Shown here piece by piece: positions 1 through 8,599 of a stretch of 64,000 bases of DNA. Below the pieces are notes generated by a model, which did not search any database, had not been told where the DNA came from, and saw only the letters and a list, made by a program, of their open reading frames with translations. Location of the stretch: positions 186,001 to 250,000 of IMG/VR virus record IMGVR_UViG_3300046092_000062; one strand, 5' to 3'. A program made the translations under genes and the position numbers. Position 1 is the first letter of the stretch; each line of letters begins with the position of its first letter.

Positions 1-58
1 TACTGTAAGCAAGTCCCAGAGATAGACTCAGGGCAACTTTAAATAAAGGAACTTTATT

Positions 59-1462
59 ATGAAACTCTCTAAAAACATCATTCTCAACACCGACAGCTAC
101 AAAGTGTCAATGGGCCGCCAATACCCAGCTGGCACTACCAATGTATTCAGCTACATTGCAGCACGTGGTGGTAAATTCACATTCACGCAGTTTGTTGGAC
201 TGCAAATGTTCATCAAGGAGTATTTGCTTGAACAAATCACCAAAGAAGACATCGACATTGCAGAAGAAATCCTCACAGCGCACGGCGAGCCATTTGACCG
301 CAGCATGTGGGACTACATTGTCGAAGCACACAACGGCTACTTGCCAGTGGTCATTAAAGCCGTACCAGAAGGCACTGTTGTGCCAGTTGGCAACGCATTA
401 GTCACAATCGAAAACACTGACCCCAAGTGCCACGGTTTAACTACTTGGTTGGAAACTCCATTGCTTCGCGCAGTGTGGTACCCAACTACAGTCTCAACAC
501 AAAGCAAGTACATTAAAAACATCTTGCAAGAATACTTGGAGAAATCAGGTGATCCTGCTTCTATCGGTTTTAAACTGCACGATTTTGGTGCTCGTGGTGT
601 ATCTTCAATGGAGAGTGCTGGTATTGGGGGTGCAGCCCACTTGGTCAACTTCATGGGCACGGACACTATTACTGGTGTTCTTTACGCTCGTGAATATTAC
701 AATGCTGGTATTGCTGGATTTAGCATTCCTGCAGCCGAACACAGTACTATCACTAGTTGGGGTCGCGCAGGCGAACTGAACGCTTACAGCAACATGGTTA
801 CACAGTTTGGCAAGCCAGGCGGCATTGTTGCAGTTGTGTCTGACAGCTATAACATCTACGAAGCATGTAAAATGTGGAGCACTGGTGCGCTGAAACAGCA
901 AGTGATTGATTCAGGTGCCACAGTTGTTATCCGTCCTGACTCAGGTGATCCTGTTGACGTGATGCCAAAGATGATTGCAATTCTTGCAGAAGGTTTTGGT
1001 TACACTACAAACGACAAGGGCTACAAAGTTCTCAACAATGTGCGTATGATCTGGGGTGATGGTATTAACCCATTGTCAATCCAAAGCATCTTGCGCACAA
1101 TGGTTGACGTGGGTGGTTGGAGTGCAGACAACTTTGCGTTTGGTATGGGCGGTGCTTTGTTGCAAGCAATTGATCGTGATACACAAAAATGGGCTATGAA
1201 ATGCTCAAGTGCATGTATCGATGGTGAATGGGTTGATGTTTACAAAGACCCAATCACTGACAGCGGCAAAGCTTCACTCAAAGGTCGTGTCAAGTTGTGG
1301 ACCAACAGTGGTGGCGAGTTTGCGACAAGTGTGCAAGCCCCTACTGGTTGGAGCGACAAGGGCATCGGTGGTTGGGTTGATGCAATGAAAACTGTCTACA
1401 TGGATGGTGCATTGTTTAACGAAATCACCTTTGAAGAAGTTCGTGCTAACAGCATGAAATAA
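59..1462 (+). CDS. nadV: nicotinamide phosphoribosyltransferase (NAMPT)
   Basis: TDSYKVS, LHDFGARG, SIPAAEHS, VSDSY, VIRPDSGDP, IWGDGI and FGMGG motifs typical of NAMPT; 467 aa. Confidence 0.95.
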   Translation: MKLSKNIILNTDSYKVSMGRQYPAGTTNVFSYIAARGGKFTFTQFVGLQMFIKEYLLEQITKEDIDIAEEILTAHGEPFDRSMWDYIVEAHNGYLPVVIKAVPEGTVVPVGNALVTIENTDPKCHGLTTWLETPLLRAVWYPTTVSTQSKYIKNILQEYLEKSGDPASIGFKLHDFGARGVSSMESAGIGGAAHLVNFMGTDTITGVLYAREYYNAGIAGFSIPAAEHSTITSWGRAGELNAYSNMVTQFGKPGGIVAVVSDSYNIYEACKMWSTGALKQQVIDSGATVVIRPDSGDPVDVMPKMIAILAEGFGYTTNDKGYKVLNNVRMIWGDGINPLSIQSILRTMVDVGGWSADNFAFGMGGALLQAIDRDTQKWAMKCSSACIDGEWVDVYKDPITDSGKASLKGRVKLWTNSGGEFATSVQAPTGWSDKGIGGWVDAMKTVYMDGALFNEITFEEVRANSMK

Positions 1463-1477
1463 TGAGTAACAAGGGCA

Positions 1478-1506
1478 TTGACTAACATCGGTGCTCTTGT
1501 TATAAT
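1478..1506 (+). promoter_or_regulatory. sigma70-type promoter upstream of tRNA/groES
   Basis: TTGACT-17 nt-TATAAT; overlaps inverted repeat TAACAAGGGCA...TGCTCTTGTTA. Confidence 0.85.
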
Positions 1507-1514
1507 TACAAAAT

Positions 1515-1589
1515 GCGCTAGTAGCTAAATGGTATAGCAGGAGTTTCTAAACCTCTGAATCGCGGGTTCGATTCCCGCCTAGCGCACCA
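1515..1589 (+). tRNA. tRNA with CUA anticodon (amber suppressor type)
   Basis: Cloverleaf: acceptor GCGCTAG/CTAGCGC, D stem GCTA/TAGC, anticodon stem GGAGT/CCTCT with loop TTCTAAA (CTA at 1547-1549), T arm GCGGG-TTCGATT-CCCGC, A73 plus encoded CCA. Confidence 0.85.
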
Positions 1590-1698
1590 TAGTTAAGTAC
1601 ATTAGCGGTTTGCCTGGGAACCAGTAGAGCGATCTATCCAGGACGGAACAAAGTGGGCAAGTTGGTTCTTGCTACTCCGGCAGTGTACTTAACTATGG
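1587..1698 (+). ncRNA. candidate structured RNA between tRNA and groES
   Basis: 15-bp perfect closing inverted repeat (1587-1601/1684-1698) with internal stems CCTGG/CCAGG, TAGA/TCTA and GCAAG/CTTGC. Confidence 0.5.
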
Positions 1699-1714
1699 TT
1701 AATAAGGAAATAAC

Positions 1715-1999
1715 ATGCAAGTAATGCACGACAGAGTTTTAATTAAGAAACTCGAACCCGAAACAAAATCCGCAGGTGGCATTATGCTAACGACTTCAGT
1801 AACTCCAGTTTACGAAGCTGAAGTTGTAGCAGTAGGCACAGGCAAGCCCGTTAAAGACGGCGCACCTATTCCACTTACGGTAAAAGTTGGTGACCGAGTG
1901 ATGTACAATCCTTCTGCTACTATTACTGTAACAGTCAAGGGCGAAACTTTGCTAGTAATCAAGGAAGAAGAAATCTTCGCTATTTTGGACAACGAGTAA
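1715..1999 (+). CDS. groES: co-chaperonin GroES
   Basis: HDRVLIK, SAGGIML mobile loop, VAVGTG, VKVGDRV, LVIKEEEIFAIL. Confidence 0.92.
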   Translation: MQVMHDRVLIKKLEPETKSAGGIMLTTSVTPVYEAEVVAVGTGKPVKDGAPIPLTVKVGDRVMYNPSATITVTVKGETLLVIKEEEIFAILDNE

Positions 2000-2013
2000 A
2001 TTAAGGAACTCAA

Positions 2014-2943
2014 ATGGGATGCTGGAATCAAACCTGTGGACTGTCGCAGCTACACATTCGCGCCAATCAAGACGTGGTTGTGTTTGCGCTAGTTAAGAAC
2101 AACGGTGTAGACAGTCTTTGTTACACTACCCCATTTTACGCACCAGTAATGATGCCGTTCTATGCCAAGTACAATGACTACGGCGGTGCAGAAGACTGCA
2201 CAGGACTTGGGGTCAACTTGGTTATGAATGCAATCAAGGAAGACCTGGTTGAGCTGCCATTGGGTGCAAATCAATACCACGACATTGCAGTCAAACGCGA
2301 AGGTTTTGATACCGATGTGTTCTTTGAAGCGGTACATGAAAGTCGCTTGTTTATCAAAGGCAATTACAATCGCCAGCGCCAGCATGTGGGATTTGTAATG
2401 ATCCACAAGGATGTTTTTGATCACGTGATTGAGAACCGTGTCGTTGAACGCTACGTAGGCGCCAACAATGGTACTACCGGTTGGGACAATGCCTACATTC
2501 ACATCACCTTTGCTGATGTAGCTAACGATATTGAGGCATGTGTAGAGCACCTGTTTACATCGGGCAAGAAAGATCTATTCCGCTTTGATCCATTGCGTGG
2601 CCTACGTACTATTAACGAAGGCAAAGAAAAAGCCCAAGTAAATACTGCGGCACAGTGGCTAGCACATGACGAGTATCGTTACAGCAGTTTGGTTCGTCCT
2701 AGTCTTATGGTTTGCGACTATGTTGAAGCCGACGATCGAGAAGGCCTTAAAGGGATGTTAACTGAGTATCTCAAAGCCATGTGGATCGACGGATTTATGA
2801 TGGAGACACGTAAGTTCTGGAGCCCGCAATCGGGGGCCGGTAGCCAACAACAAGACCCTGAAGGTTACTTGCTGCTAATTGATGCAATGAAGAAAGTGCT
2901 AGACGCCGAGAAACGTAAACACGAAGAAGACTATTGTGACTGA
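2014..2943 (+). CDS. hypothetical protein
   Basis: 309-aa ORF with AAGGA SD. Confidence 0.8.
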   Translation: MGCWNQTCGLSQLHIRANQDVVVFALVKNNGVDSLCYTTPFYAPVMMPFYAKYNDYGGAEDCTGLGVNLVMNAIKEDLVELPLGANQYHDIAVKREGFDTDVFFEAVHESRLFIKGNYNRQRQHVGFVMIHKDVFDHVIENRVVERYVGANNGTTGWDNAYIHITFADVANDIEACVEHLFTSGKKDLFRFDPLRGLRTINEGKEKAQVNTAAQWLAHDEYRYSSLVRPSLMVCDYVEADDREGLKGMLTEYLKAMWIDGFMMETRKFWSPQSGAGSQQQDPEGYLLLIDAMKKVLDAEKRKHEEDYCD

Positions 2944-3229
2944 TTACCTATTGCGCAACGCCCTTAATTCAGATGACGTAGCGTTTCTTAACGAAACTGA
3001 TATGGACTTTGAACTGGTTAACACACATGGTCTCAAACCCGAGTCCAGTATGTTTGACAGTGGGTGGCGCGATATGGCAACCGAACAACGTATTGTTCAT
3101 CATCTCGATCGTGTGGTGTTTAGAAATGTTACCCCAGCGCAGTACACATATCTACAACTTCGCTATCGAGATCGCCTAAATGAATTGACAGACGGCCTAA
3201 AAGGCATATATAATATTACAACGACATAA
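2936..3229 (+). CDS. hypothetical protein, divergent LRW-like tail
   Basis: GTG start; YTYLQLRY resembles CMLQLRY of 18697. Confidence 0.6.
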   Translation: MTDYLLRNALNSDDVAFLNETDMDFELVNTHGLKPESSMFDSGWRDMATEQRIVHHLDRVVFRNVTPAQYTYLQLRYRDRLNELTDGLKGIYNITTT

Positions 3230-3282
3230 CAAAGGAGAAACTCATGTCACAAGCCTAGATCAACTACCAATGTAAGGAATTA

Positions 3283-3819
3283 GTGTTCCACTTCAATAAG
3301 GGACATCTTACAGATCCAACCATCCCCATGTGGGTTATCAAAACACACGGAGTCACCTTTTACGTGAACCACGTGACAGCAGAAATACCTTGGAGCACCA
3401 AGGAAACACCAAACAATCCCAGTACCAAAGGCAGCATCAAGTTTAAACGATGTAAGTTGACCATTGACTCCGATAACTGTGCAACGTTATCCAAGTTGGG
3501 TTTACTAGACCGTAACTTGCCGACGCCACACCTGCCTTATGATCGCATTATTGTGCCTATGTACTGCGATTTAACTAATGCTATCATCGACCGTGAGTTT
3601 AAGCATGGTATGATCAAGCATGTAGATGGAGCATGTGGCAGTGAGTACATCATTACTGAAATTACAAATAGAGATGATATGCTAATGTTGGCACTCAAGT
3701 ATCCTAATCAGTATCGTGTGCTAAATGCAAATGAAGCATACTACAAGGATTATGATAACAAGCACATTCATATTGAGATGCGTGGTAATGAAGGATTTAA
3801 CGATGAAGAAGACGATTGA
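3283..3819 (+). CDS. hypothetical protein with internal LRW-like motif
   Basis: GTG start after AAGGA; internal TNRDDMLMLALKY. Confidence 0.7.
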   Translation: MFHFNKGHLTDPTIPMWVIKTHGVTFYVNHVTAEIPWSTKETPNNPSTKGSIKFKRCKLTIDSDNCATLSKLGLLDRNLPTPHLPYDRIIVPMYCDLTNAIIDREFKHGMIKHVDGACGSEYIITEITNRDDMLMLALKYPNQYRVLNANEAYYKDYDNKHIHIEMRGNEGFNDEEDD

Positions 3820-3979
3820 CTTAAAAGTTCCATATAAAGATATACACGAGGTTAGGCAGGCCCTTAAAGAGTCTAAAATAAAGCACTGGCCGTTTAAACG
3901 AGCATGGCCGGGGTATATAGTTACAATCGAAGATGGGCCTATGAGCACGTTTTTTGCGTTAAAGTTTACTAATACTTGA
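3803..3979 (+). CDS. LRW-family mini-protein (outlier before array I)
   Basis: AAGGA SD, ATG 3803; tail IEDGPMSTFFALKFTNT. Confidence 0.65.
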   Translation: MKKTIDLKVPYKDIHEVRQALKESKIKHWPFKRAWPGYIVTIEDGPMSTFFALKFTNT

Positions 3980-4024
3980 GTATTACTTTTTTTGGTTGAC
4001 CCATAATGAGCGTTCATGTATAAT
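3970..4024 (+). promoter_or_regulatory. early promoter with upstream palindromic box
   Basis: AATACT-TG-AGTATT palindrome, T-tract, TTGACC(3996)-17-TATAAT(4019). Confidence 0.85.
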
Positions 4025-4052
4025 ACATATATCGCAAACAAAAGGGTCAACC

Positions 4053-4409
4053 ATGAAATTCTTTCAAGAAACTACTGACTACAAAGACAAGATTTCAAAC
4101 GGCATCTACTTGCTGTCAGATGACAAGACACGTATGTTTGCCTATGTTGCACCAGGCAACAACACTGCAAAAGAATTCAAGCGCCCGATTCGCATCGACA
4201 CTCGTGGCCGCAGCTTCAAGCCTGTTACTAATACCTTCAACTATGTGATCCCTGCAGAAGTTGCCCCAGAAGTCCCGCAGTGGATTGTTAAAGGCAGCAA
4301 AGGCGATGAGTACATTGTGCGCAAAGACGGCTTGATGTATTCATGTACATGCAGCGGATTTAAATTTCGCGGTAGCTGCAAGCACGTCACGGAGATCAAA
4401 GGCGCATGA
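4053..4409 (+). CDS. SWIM-type zinc finger protein
   Basis: C-terminal YSCTCSGFKFRGSCKHV (CxC-xn-CxH). Confidence 0.75.
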   Translation: MKFFQETTDYKDKISNGIYLLSDDKTRMFAYVAPGNNTAKEFKRPIRIDTRGRSFKPVTNTFNYVIPAEVAPEVPQWIVKGSKGDEYIVRKDGLMYSCTCSGFKFRGSCKHVTEIKGA

Positions 4410-4615
4410 TTAAACGTCAGTATCATTACTATGGTGGCCGCAACGGCGATGCCTACTTCTGCAACTTTGTTGATGCAGCGGGCGGGCAAGAACACATTCG
4501 TACTGAACTAGCTAAGTGGAAAGCAACAGTTGCTAAAAGCAAAGCCAAATACACCTACAATGTCAAGTTCCACGACGAGCAGTTATACATGTTTTTTAGG
4601 ATCAAGTTTTCATGA
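4406..4615 (+). CDS. LRW-family mini-protein I-1
   Basis: tail FHDEQLYMFFRIKFS. Confidence 0.75.
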   Translation: MIKRQYHYYGGRNGDAYFCNFVDAAGGQEHIRTELAKWKATVAKSKAKYTYNVKFHDEQLYMFFRIKFS

Positions 4616-4863
4616 CAGAAGCGTGGATATTCGTTAATGGACAGAAGGTTCAGATTCCTCAGCATCCTTACCAAGCCAGGGAGTTTAGATGGCATTTGGG
4701 CGCAGAGTATAATTCTGCATTGGAGTGGGAAAATCCCGAGTTTGACAACATAAAAACTTGGTGCGAGCAAACTTGTGTTCCGCATACTTACAGAATGTTT
4801 TTGAGAAGTGTTTGGTTCTTTCGTGAGTCCGATGCCTTATTGTGCAAGTTGAGGTGGGTATGA
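4612..4863 (+). CDS. LRW-family mini-protein I-2
   Basis: WCEQ core; tail FFRESDALLCKLRWV. Confidence 0.85.
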   Translation: MTEAWIFVNGQKVQIPQHPYQAREFRWHLGAEYNSALEWENPEFDNIKTWCEQTCVPHTYRMFLRSVWFFRESDALLCKLRWV

Positions 4864-5090
4864 ACTGGCAGTTTTGGCGTAAGCAATATCGAGTGGCTGT
4901 GACAGAAAATGATTACAATGCTAAGATTGTAAAGCACATGGGCACTACTGGAAAACTCCATATGCAGTTTTTCGACTTTGTTAAGCAAGAGTTCAATGCT
5001 GATCGTGAGTGGAGTTGGAAGACCAGAGAGAATTTCCTAGTGTTTGATAATGAACATGACTACGCTATGTTTCTGTTAAGGATGCTGTGA
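4860..5090 (+). CDS. LRW-family mini-protein I-3
   Basis: start ATG 4860 (ATGA overlap); tail FDNEHDYAMFLLRML. Confidence 0.85.
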   Translation: MNWQFWRKQYRVAVTENDYNAKIVKHMGTTGKLHMQFFDFVKQEFNADREWSWKTRENFLVFDNEHDYAMFLLRML

Positions 5091-5341
5091 TGTTGATCGA
5101 ACTCGACGATGAATATCGTATGATTGGGTACTACATCGCCGTACTAGAAGATCCAATTGACAGCGGGCACGATTTGTGGTATCACGAATCATTCAAAGAC
5201 ACCGATGAATGGTGTGAGCAAACCTTTGGGGCGCAGGACATGTGGGGAGAAAATCCTGCTACAGGGTGGAAGCGTATGCGTAACAGATACTTCTTTACTA
5301 CAGATGCTGCCCGCGGGTTATTTGTATTGAGGTTTACATGA
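5087..5341 (+). CDS. LRW-family mini-protein I-4
   Basis: WCEQTFG core; tail FTTDAARGLFVLRFT. Confidence 0.85.
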   Translation: MMLIELDDEYRMIGYYIAVLEDPIDSGHDLWYHESFKDTDEWCEQTFGAQDMWGENPATGWKRMRNRYFFTTDAARGLFVLRFT

Positions 5342-5559
5342 TTGAAGTAGATATCGATAAAGAAGGCGGATATGGTCGTCACCACTGGTGGGAAAACTTT
5401 CGCGACTATGCTGAGGAACAGGGGTATAATTTCGATAATGCTGAGAATATCACCAAAGCACTTGCAGAATGGAACGCTATTGATAAGGACCCAGATTCCA
5501 CCAAGTTCTACTTTGAAAACGAGCAGGACCACTTGCTGTTTATGTTGAGGTTTACATGA
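5338..5559 (+). CDS. LRW-family mini-protein I-5
   Basis: tail FENEQDHLLFMLRFT. Confidence 0.85.
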   Translation: MIEVDIDKEGGYGRHHWWENFRDYAEEQGYNFDNAENITKALAEWNAIDKDPDSTKFYFENEQDHLLFMLRFT

Positions 5560-5840
5560 AAGTAAAAGACACACTGCAAATTGATTTGATCTACGGCACA
5601 CTCCGTCAACGCCTGCGGGAGTTTGTAGCAGAGACTCCTTGCTTGTATACAAATGACGGAGACGCTGTTAACCTTGTGTGTCATTATTTCCCCTGTTGGC
5701 AGTACAATGGTGCTGCACCGTTTGAAGAAGTTATGCTGTGGTGTGAAGAACATTTCGGCCGTGATTGGATTTGGAGATTTGAAACAATTTTCTTCAAGCA
5801 CGAACGTGATCGTGCAGTATTCTTATTGAGGTGGTCATGA
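5556..5840 (+). CDS. LRW-family mini-protein I-6
   Basis: WCEEHFG core; tail FKHERDRAVFLLRWS. Confidence 0.85.
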   Translation: MKVKDTLQIDLIYGTLRQRLREFVAETPCLYTNDGDAVNLVCHYFPCWQYNGAAPFEEVMLWCEEHFGRDWIWRFETIFFKHERDRAVFLLRWS

Positions 5841-6058
5841 CAACTCTTTACATCTCCGGGGATTACGACCAAAGCCCACTGGCATACAAAAACTTCTATC
5901 GAGCAGTGATAGAACCCAGGTTAATGGAAGTACACCGTGAATCAATTAGCGGAAGTGATCTCCTTAAAGAGTACAATGCACATTGGGATAATACATCTAA
6001 GAGCATTGTGTTTGACACTGAACACGATTTGACAATGTTTATGTTGAGGTGGGCATGA
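5837..6058 (+). CDS. LRW-family mini-protein I-7
   Basis: tail FDTEHDLTMFMLRWA. Confidence 0.85.
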   Translation: MTTLYISGDYDQSPLAYKNFYRAVIEPRLMEVHRESISGSDLLKEYNAHWDNTSKSIVFDTEHDLTMFMLRWA

Positions 6059-6306
6059 TTGTAAAAGAGTATTACCAAAACATTAACTGTAGCAAACCCA
6101 GGGACTACTTTGAGCGTTGGTATGCAGACGTGTGGGCACGACGAATCGGCACAAAGATCGCACAGCCCGGAGTGTTAGCTCGTGTACTCGAAGAAGAAAT
6201 TGCTCAAGTTGGTGCTTATCTCGAGGACAAAGATCGCGGGTACAAATTTGTAGCAACATTCAAAGACGAGCACGACTATACCATGTTTGTATTGAGGTGG
6301 TCATGA
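6055..6306 (+). CDS. LRW-family mini-protein I-8
   Basis: tail FKDEHDYTMFVLRWS. Confidence 0.85.
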   Translation: MIVKEYYQNINCSKPRDYFERWYADVWARRIGTKIAQPGVLARVLEEEIAQVGAYLEDKDRGYKFVATFKDEHDYTMFVLRWS

Positions 6307-6530
6307 AACTACGTGCCGACATTCGTCCATACTTTCAGAAGATTGCTGATTACTATTGGGACAACATTGGTCGTGACTTCTACAACGAAGGGCATCACAT
6401 AACCATTTGGGACTGGCTCAAGCGTGATTACTCTGTGGTTAAGATTGGGCAAATTGGCAGCAAGACTGAGTTATGGGTTACATTTCCAGATGAGCAGCAC
6501 ATGACTATGTTTATGTTGAGGTGGACATGA
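6303..6530 (+). CDS. LRW-family mini-protein I-9
   Basis: true start ATG 6303 (track ORF extended upstream); tail FPDEQHMTMFMLRWT. Confidence 0.85.
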   Translation: MKLRADIRPYFQKIADYYWDNIGRDFYNEGHHITIWDWLKRDYSVVKIGQIGSKTELWVTFPDEQHMTMFMLRWT

Positions 6531-6727
6531 AACAAGAGCTAACTATGCGCATGGATTGCGAATACACTTACATTCCATTTGCCAATAGCCGCACCAGCAT
6601 CGATTGGATAGAAGCACTACTTTGGTGCGAAGAGTTCGAAGGCATTGGACACTTTAGCATGGGAGGACATGGCATTTACTTCGAAAAGGAAAAAGATGCT
6701 ATAATGTTTACATTAATCAACTCATGA
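6527..6727 (+). CDS. LRW-family mini-protein I-10
   Basis: WCEE core; tail FEKEKDAIMFTLINS. Confidence 0.85.
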   Translation: MKQELTMRMDCEYTYIPFANSRTSIDWIEALLWCEEFEGIGHFSMGGHGIYFEKEKDAIMFTLINS

Positions 6728-7005
6728 AAAAGCAATATACAAGAGACTCCCTTATGAAAAAGGCACGTATTGAATCCGACCAGCTAAACACTATCTTCCA
6801 GAAGTGGGCGGCAAACAATGGGTATAAGACCTCAGGACATTGGATTGATCACCTTGATCGACTTAACCTGCGTTACGGCCCTGGCCAAGCGTTTGATCAT
6901 TATGTTTGGTCATGCGGTGGCCGCATTTACACAGAATACAGCAAGCGTTATGCAGACTTCTTTGAAGACGAAGATTTGATAATGTTTACATTAAGGCACC
7001 TATGA
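6724..7005 (+). CDS. LRW-family mini-protein I-11
   Basis: tail FEDEDLIMFTLRHL. Confidence 0.8.
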   Translation: MKKQYTRDSLMKKARIESDQLNTIFQKWAANNGYKTSGHWIDHLDRLNLRYGPGQAFDHYVWSCGGRIYTEYSKRYADFFEDEDLIMFTLRHL

Positions 7006-7187
7006 TAACAACTTTACGAGCATGGTCCAGAGTTAGTGTAAGAGACATTCAACCAGCAGTAGCATGGTGCAGTGAGAATCTTACCCACAATGATTGGGTG
7101 TGCAGTTCGATCCCAAACGACAACGAATTTAGCTTTCGATTCCGTAACGAAAAGATTGCTACAGAGTTTGCACTGAGATTTGCATGA
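7002..7187 (+). CDS. LRW-family mini-protein I-12
   Basis: WCSENL core; tail FRNEKIATEFALRFA. Confidence 0.85.
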   Translation: MITTLRAWSRVSVRDIQPAVAWCSENLTHNDWVCSSIPNDNEFSFRFRNEKIATEFALRFA

Positions 7188-7429
7188 TACGATTAGATCT
7201 TGTTAAAGACTATGCACCTATTCCGATATGGAACAAATTTGTTGGACACCTGCAAGAACAAGTGGGACCACAGGCAGTAACTGACGCTTATGTTAATACC
7301 GCACTAGCTGAGTACTGTGCAGTGTATTATATGGAAGAGGTGGGTAACATATATGAAAGTTCTGTGCTACACTGGATTGAGTTTGAAGATGAAGAATTGT
7401 ACTCTTGGTTTATGTTGAGGTGGGCATGA
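7184..7429 (+). CDS. LRW-family mini-protein I-13
   Basis: tail FEDEELYSWFMLRWA. Confidence 0.85.
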   Translation: MIRLDLVKDYAPIPIWNKFVGHLQEQVGPQAVTDAYVNTALAEYCAVYYMEEVGNIYESSVLHWIEFEDEELYSWFMLRWA

Positions 7430-7683
7430 TTAGCATATTGTTATCAGACAAGGGCAGTACTCCCGAACAAGCATGGTGGTGGAAGTTTTTACACGGCACG
7501 GATAAACGTAGCGGTCCGTCAACTACAGAAGACCGCATTGAAGCTATCAACTTGGAATTGCTAAATTGGTCAGCGCAGCTATGGCGACACGAGCAAACGG
7601 CTACGCGCCACAATGCCCGAAGCGCATACATTGATTTCTACGACGAACAAGCGTACACTTGGTTTGTGCCGAGGTGGTCATGA
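7426..7683 (+). CDS. LRW-family mini-protein I-14
   Basis: tail FYDEQAYTWFVPRWS (Pro at the conserved Leu). Confidence 0.85.
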   Translation: MISILLSDKGSTPEQAWWWKFLHGTDKRSGPSTTEDRIEAINLELLNWSAQLWRHEQTATRHNARSAYIDFYDEQAYTWFVPRWS

Positions 7684-7874
7684 TTGAAATTAAAATCAGC
7701 AAGAAACTTCGTAATGTATACGGGGAAAGTGGTACTCAGGTTGCTTGGAAATGGTGCTTAGATAACTTTGGCCCACCGGAACCAAACGGTAAGCGTTGGG
7801 CATGGGACACTATGCGCACATTTTGGTTTCATAAAGAAGAAGATGCTACACTGTTTGCACTGAGGTGGTTATGA
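7680..7874 (+). CDS. LRW-family mini-protein I-15
   Basis: WCLDNFGP core; tail FHKEEDATLFALRWL. Confidence 0.85.
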   Translation: MIEIKISKKLRNVYGESGTQVAWKWCLDNFGPPEPNGKRWAWDTMRTFWFHKEEDATLFALRWL

Positions 7875-8098
7875 CAACAATTTCAATGAGCCATAATGTT
7901 CTAACAAATGCAGGGTGGATCCGCATACCGCTTGACGCTGAAAAAGTTATGCAAGCTCGACGACATGAAAGTTATTTTGAATTTTTTGAAACTGCACACA
8001 TTCGCAACCGGTATGCAATCTTTAGTGTGCCCAATGGATACGATTTCTTTTTTCGAAATAAAAAAGATGCTACAGAGTTTGTGTTGAGGTGGGCATGA
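7871..8098 (+). CDS. LRW-family mini-protein I-16
   Basis: tail FRNKKDATEFVLRWA. Confidence 0.85.
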   Translation: MTTISMSHNVLTNAGWIRIPLDAEKVMQARRHESYFEFFETAHIRNRYAIFSVPNGYDFFFRNKKDATEFVLRWA

Positions 8099-8385
8099 CT
8101 AAAGAAGAATGGACGAAATGGAATCGCAAGATACAACTAAACAGCATCTACGGTTTAAATCTCTGTAAAGAAATAGTGGCACCAAGGGATCAAGCACTAA
8201 CAGCGATACAAAACGCATGGGCTCAATGGCACTGTGATATCAAACACAACGTAACAGACTTTGGGTTTAAAGACTGGTGCAAGCGTGAGCATGGGTTTGA
8301 ATACCAACAGAATAGTGACCGGAGTGTTGTCACTACTGTACTTGACGAGCAAAAGTATGCTTGGTTCTTACTAAAGTGGGCATGA
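8095..8385 (+). CDS. LRW-family mini-protein I-17 with N-terminal PolB motif-B-like fragment
   Basis: N-term NRKIQLNSIYG; tail VLDEQKYAWFLLKWA. Confidence 0.85.
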   Translation: MTKEEWTKWNRKIQLNSIYGLNLCKEIVAPRDQALTAIQNAWAQWHCDIKHNVTDFGFKDWCKREHGFEYQQNSDRSVVTTVLDEQKYAWFLLKWA

Positions 8386-8388
8386 AAG

Positions 8389-8598
8389 ATGCAAGTAGAG
8401 AAAATGTTCCATCACACTGTGCCTAGCTCTAATGTGTGCATACAAGCCAGTAAATGGTTGCTGGAAGAGCGTGGATACAAGTTCGTCATTGAAGCCGAAA
8501 CAGAAGGACGCGGCAACAGTTCTAGATACACTGGCAGATACACATTCAAGTTCTTGTGTGAGCAAGAGTATATGTGGTTTCTAATGAGGTGGGCATGA
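8389..8598 (+). CDS. LRW-family mini-protein I-18 (close paralogue of 23627)
   Basis: tail RYTGRYTFKFLCEQEYMWFLMRWA. Confidence 0.85.
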   Translation: MQVEKMFHHTVPSSNVCIQASKWLLEERGYKFVIEAETEGRGNSSRYTGRYTFKFLCEQEYMWFLMRWA

Positions 8599-8599
8599 C

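Noticed and set aside
1540-1557. tRNA-Arg(UCU) reading of the tRNA
   Set aside because: Centring TCT in a 7-nt loop breaks most anticodon-stem pairs and shifts arm lengths, and A20 is absent; the CTA register gives 4 of 5 pairs with canonical spacing.
7663-7683. Pseudogene call for I-14 (FVPRWS, Leu-to-Pro in the tail)
   Set aside because: The ORF and junction are intact; a single CTG/CCG-type change may be a variant or sequencing error and cannot be judged.
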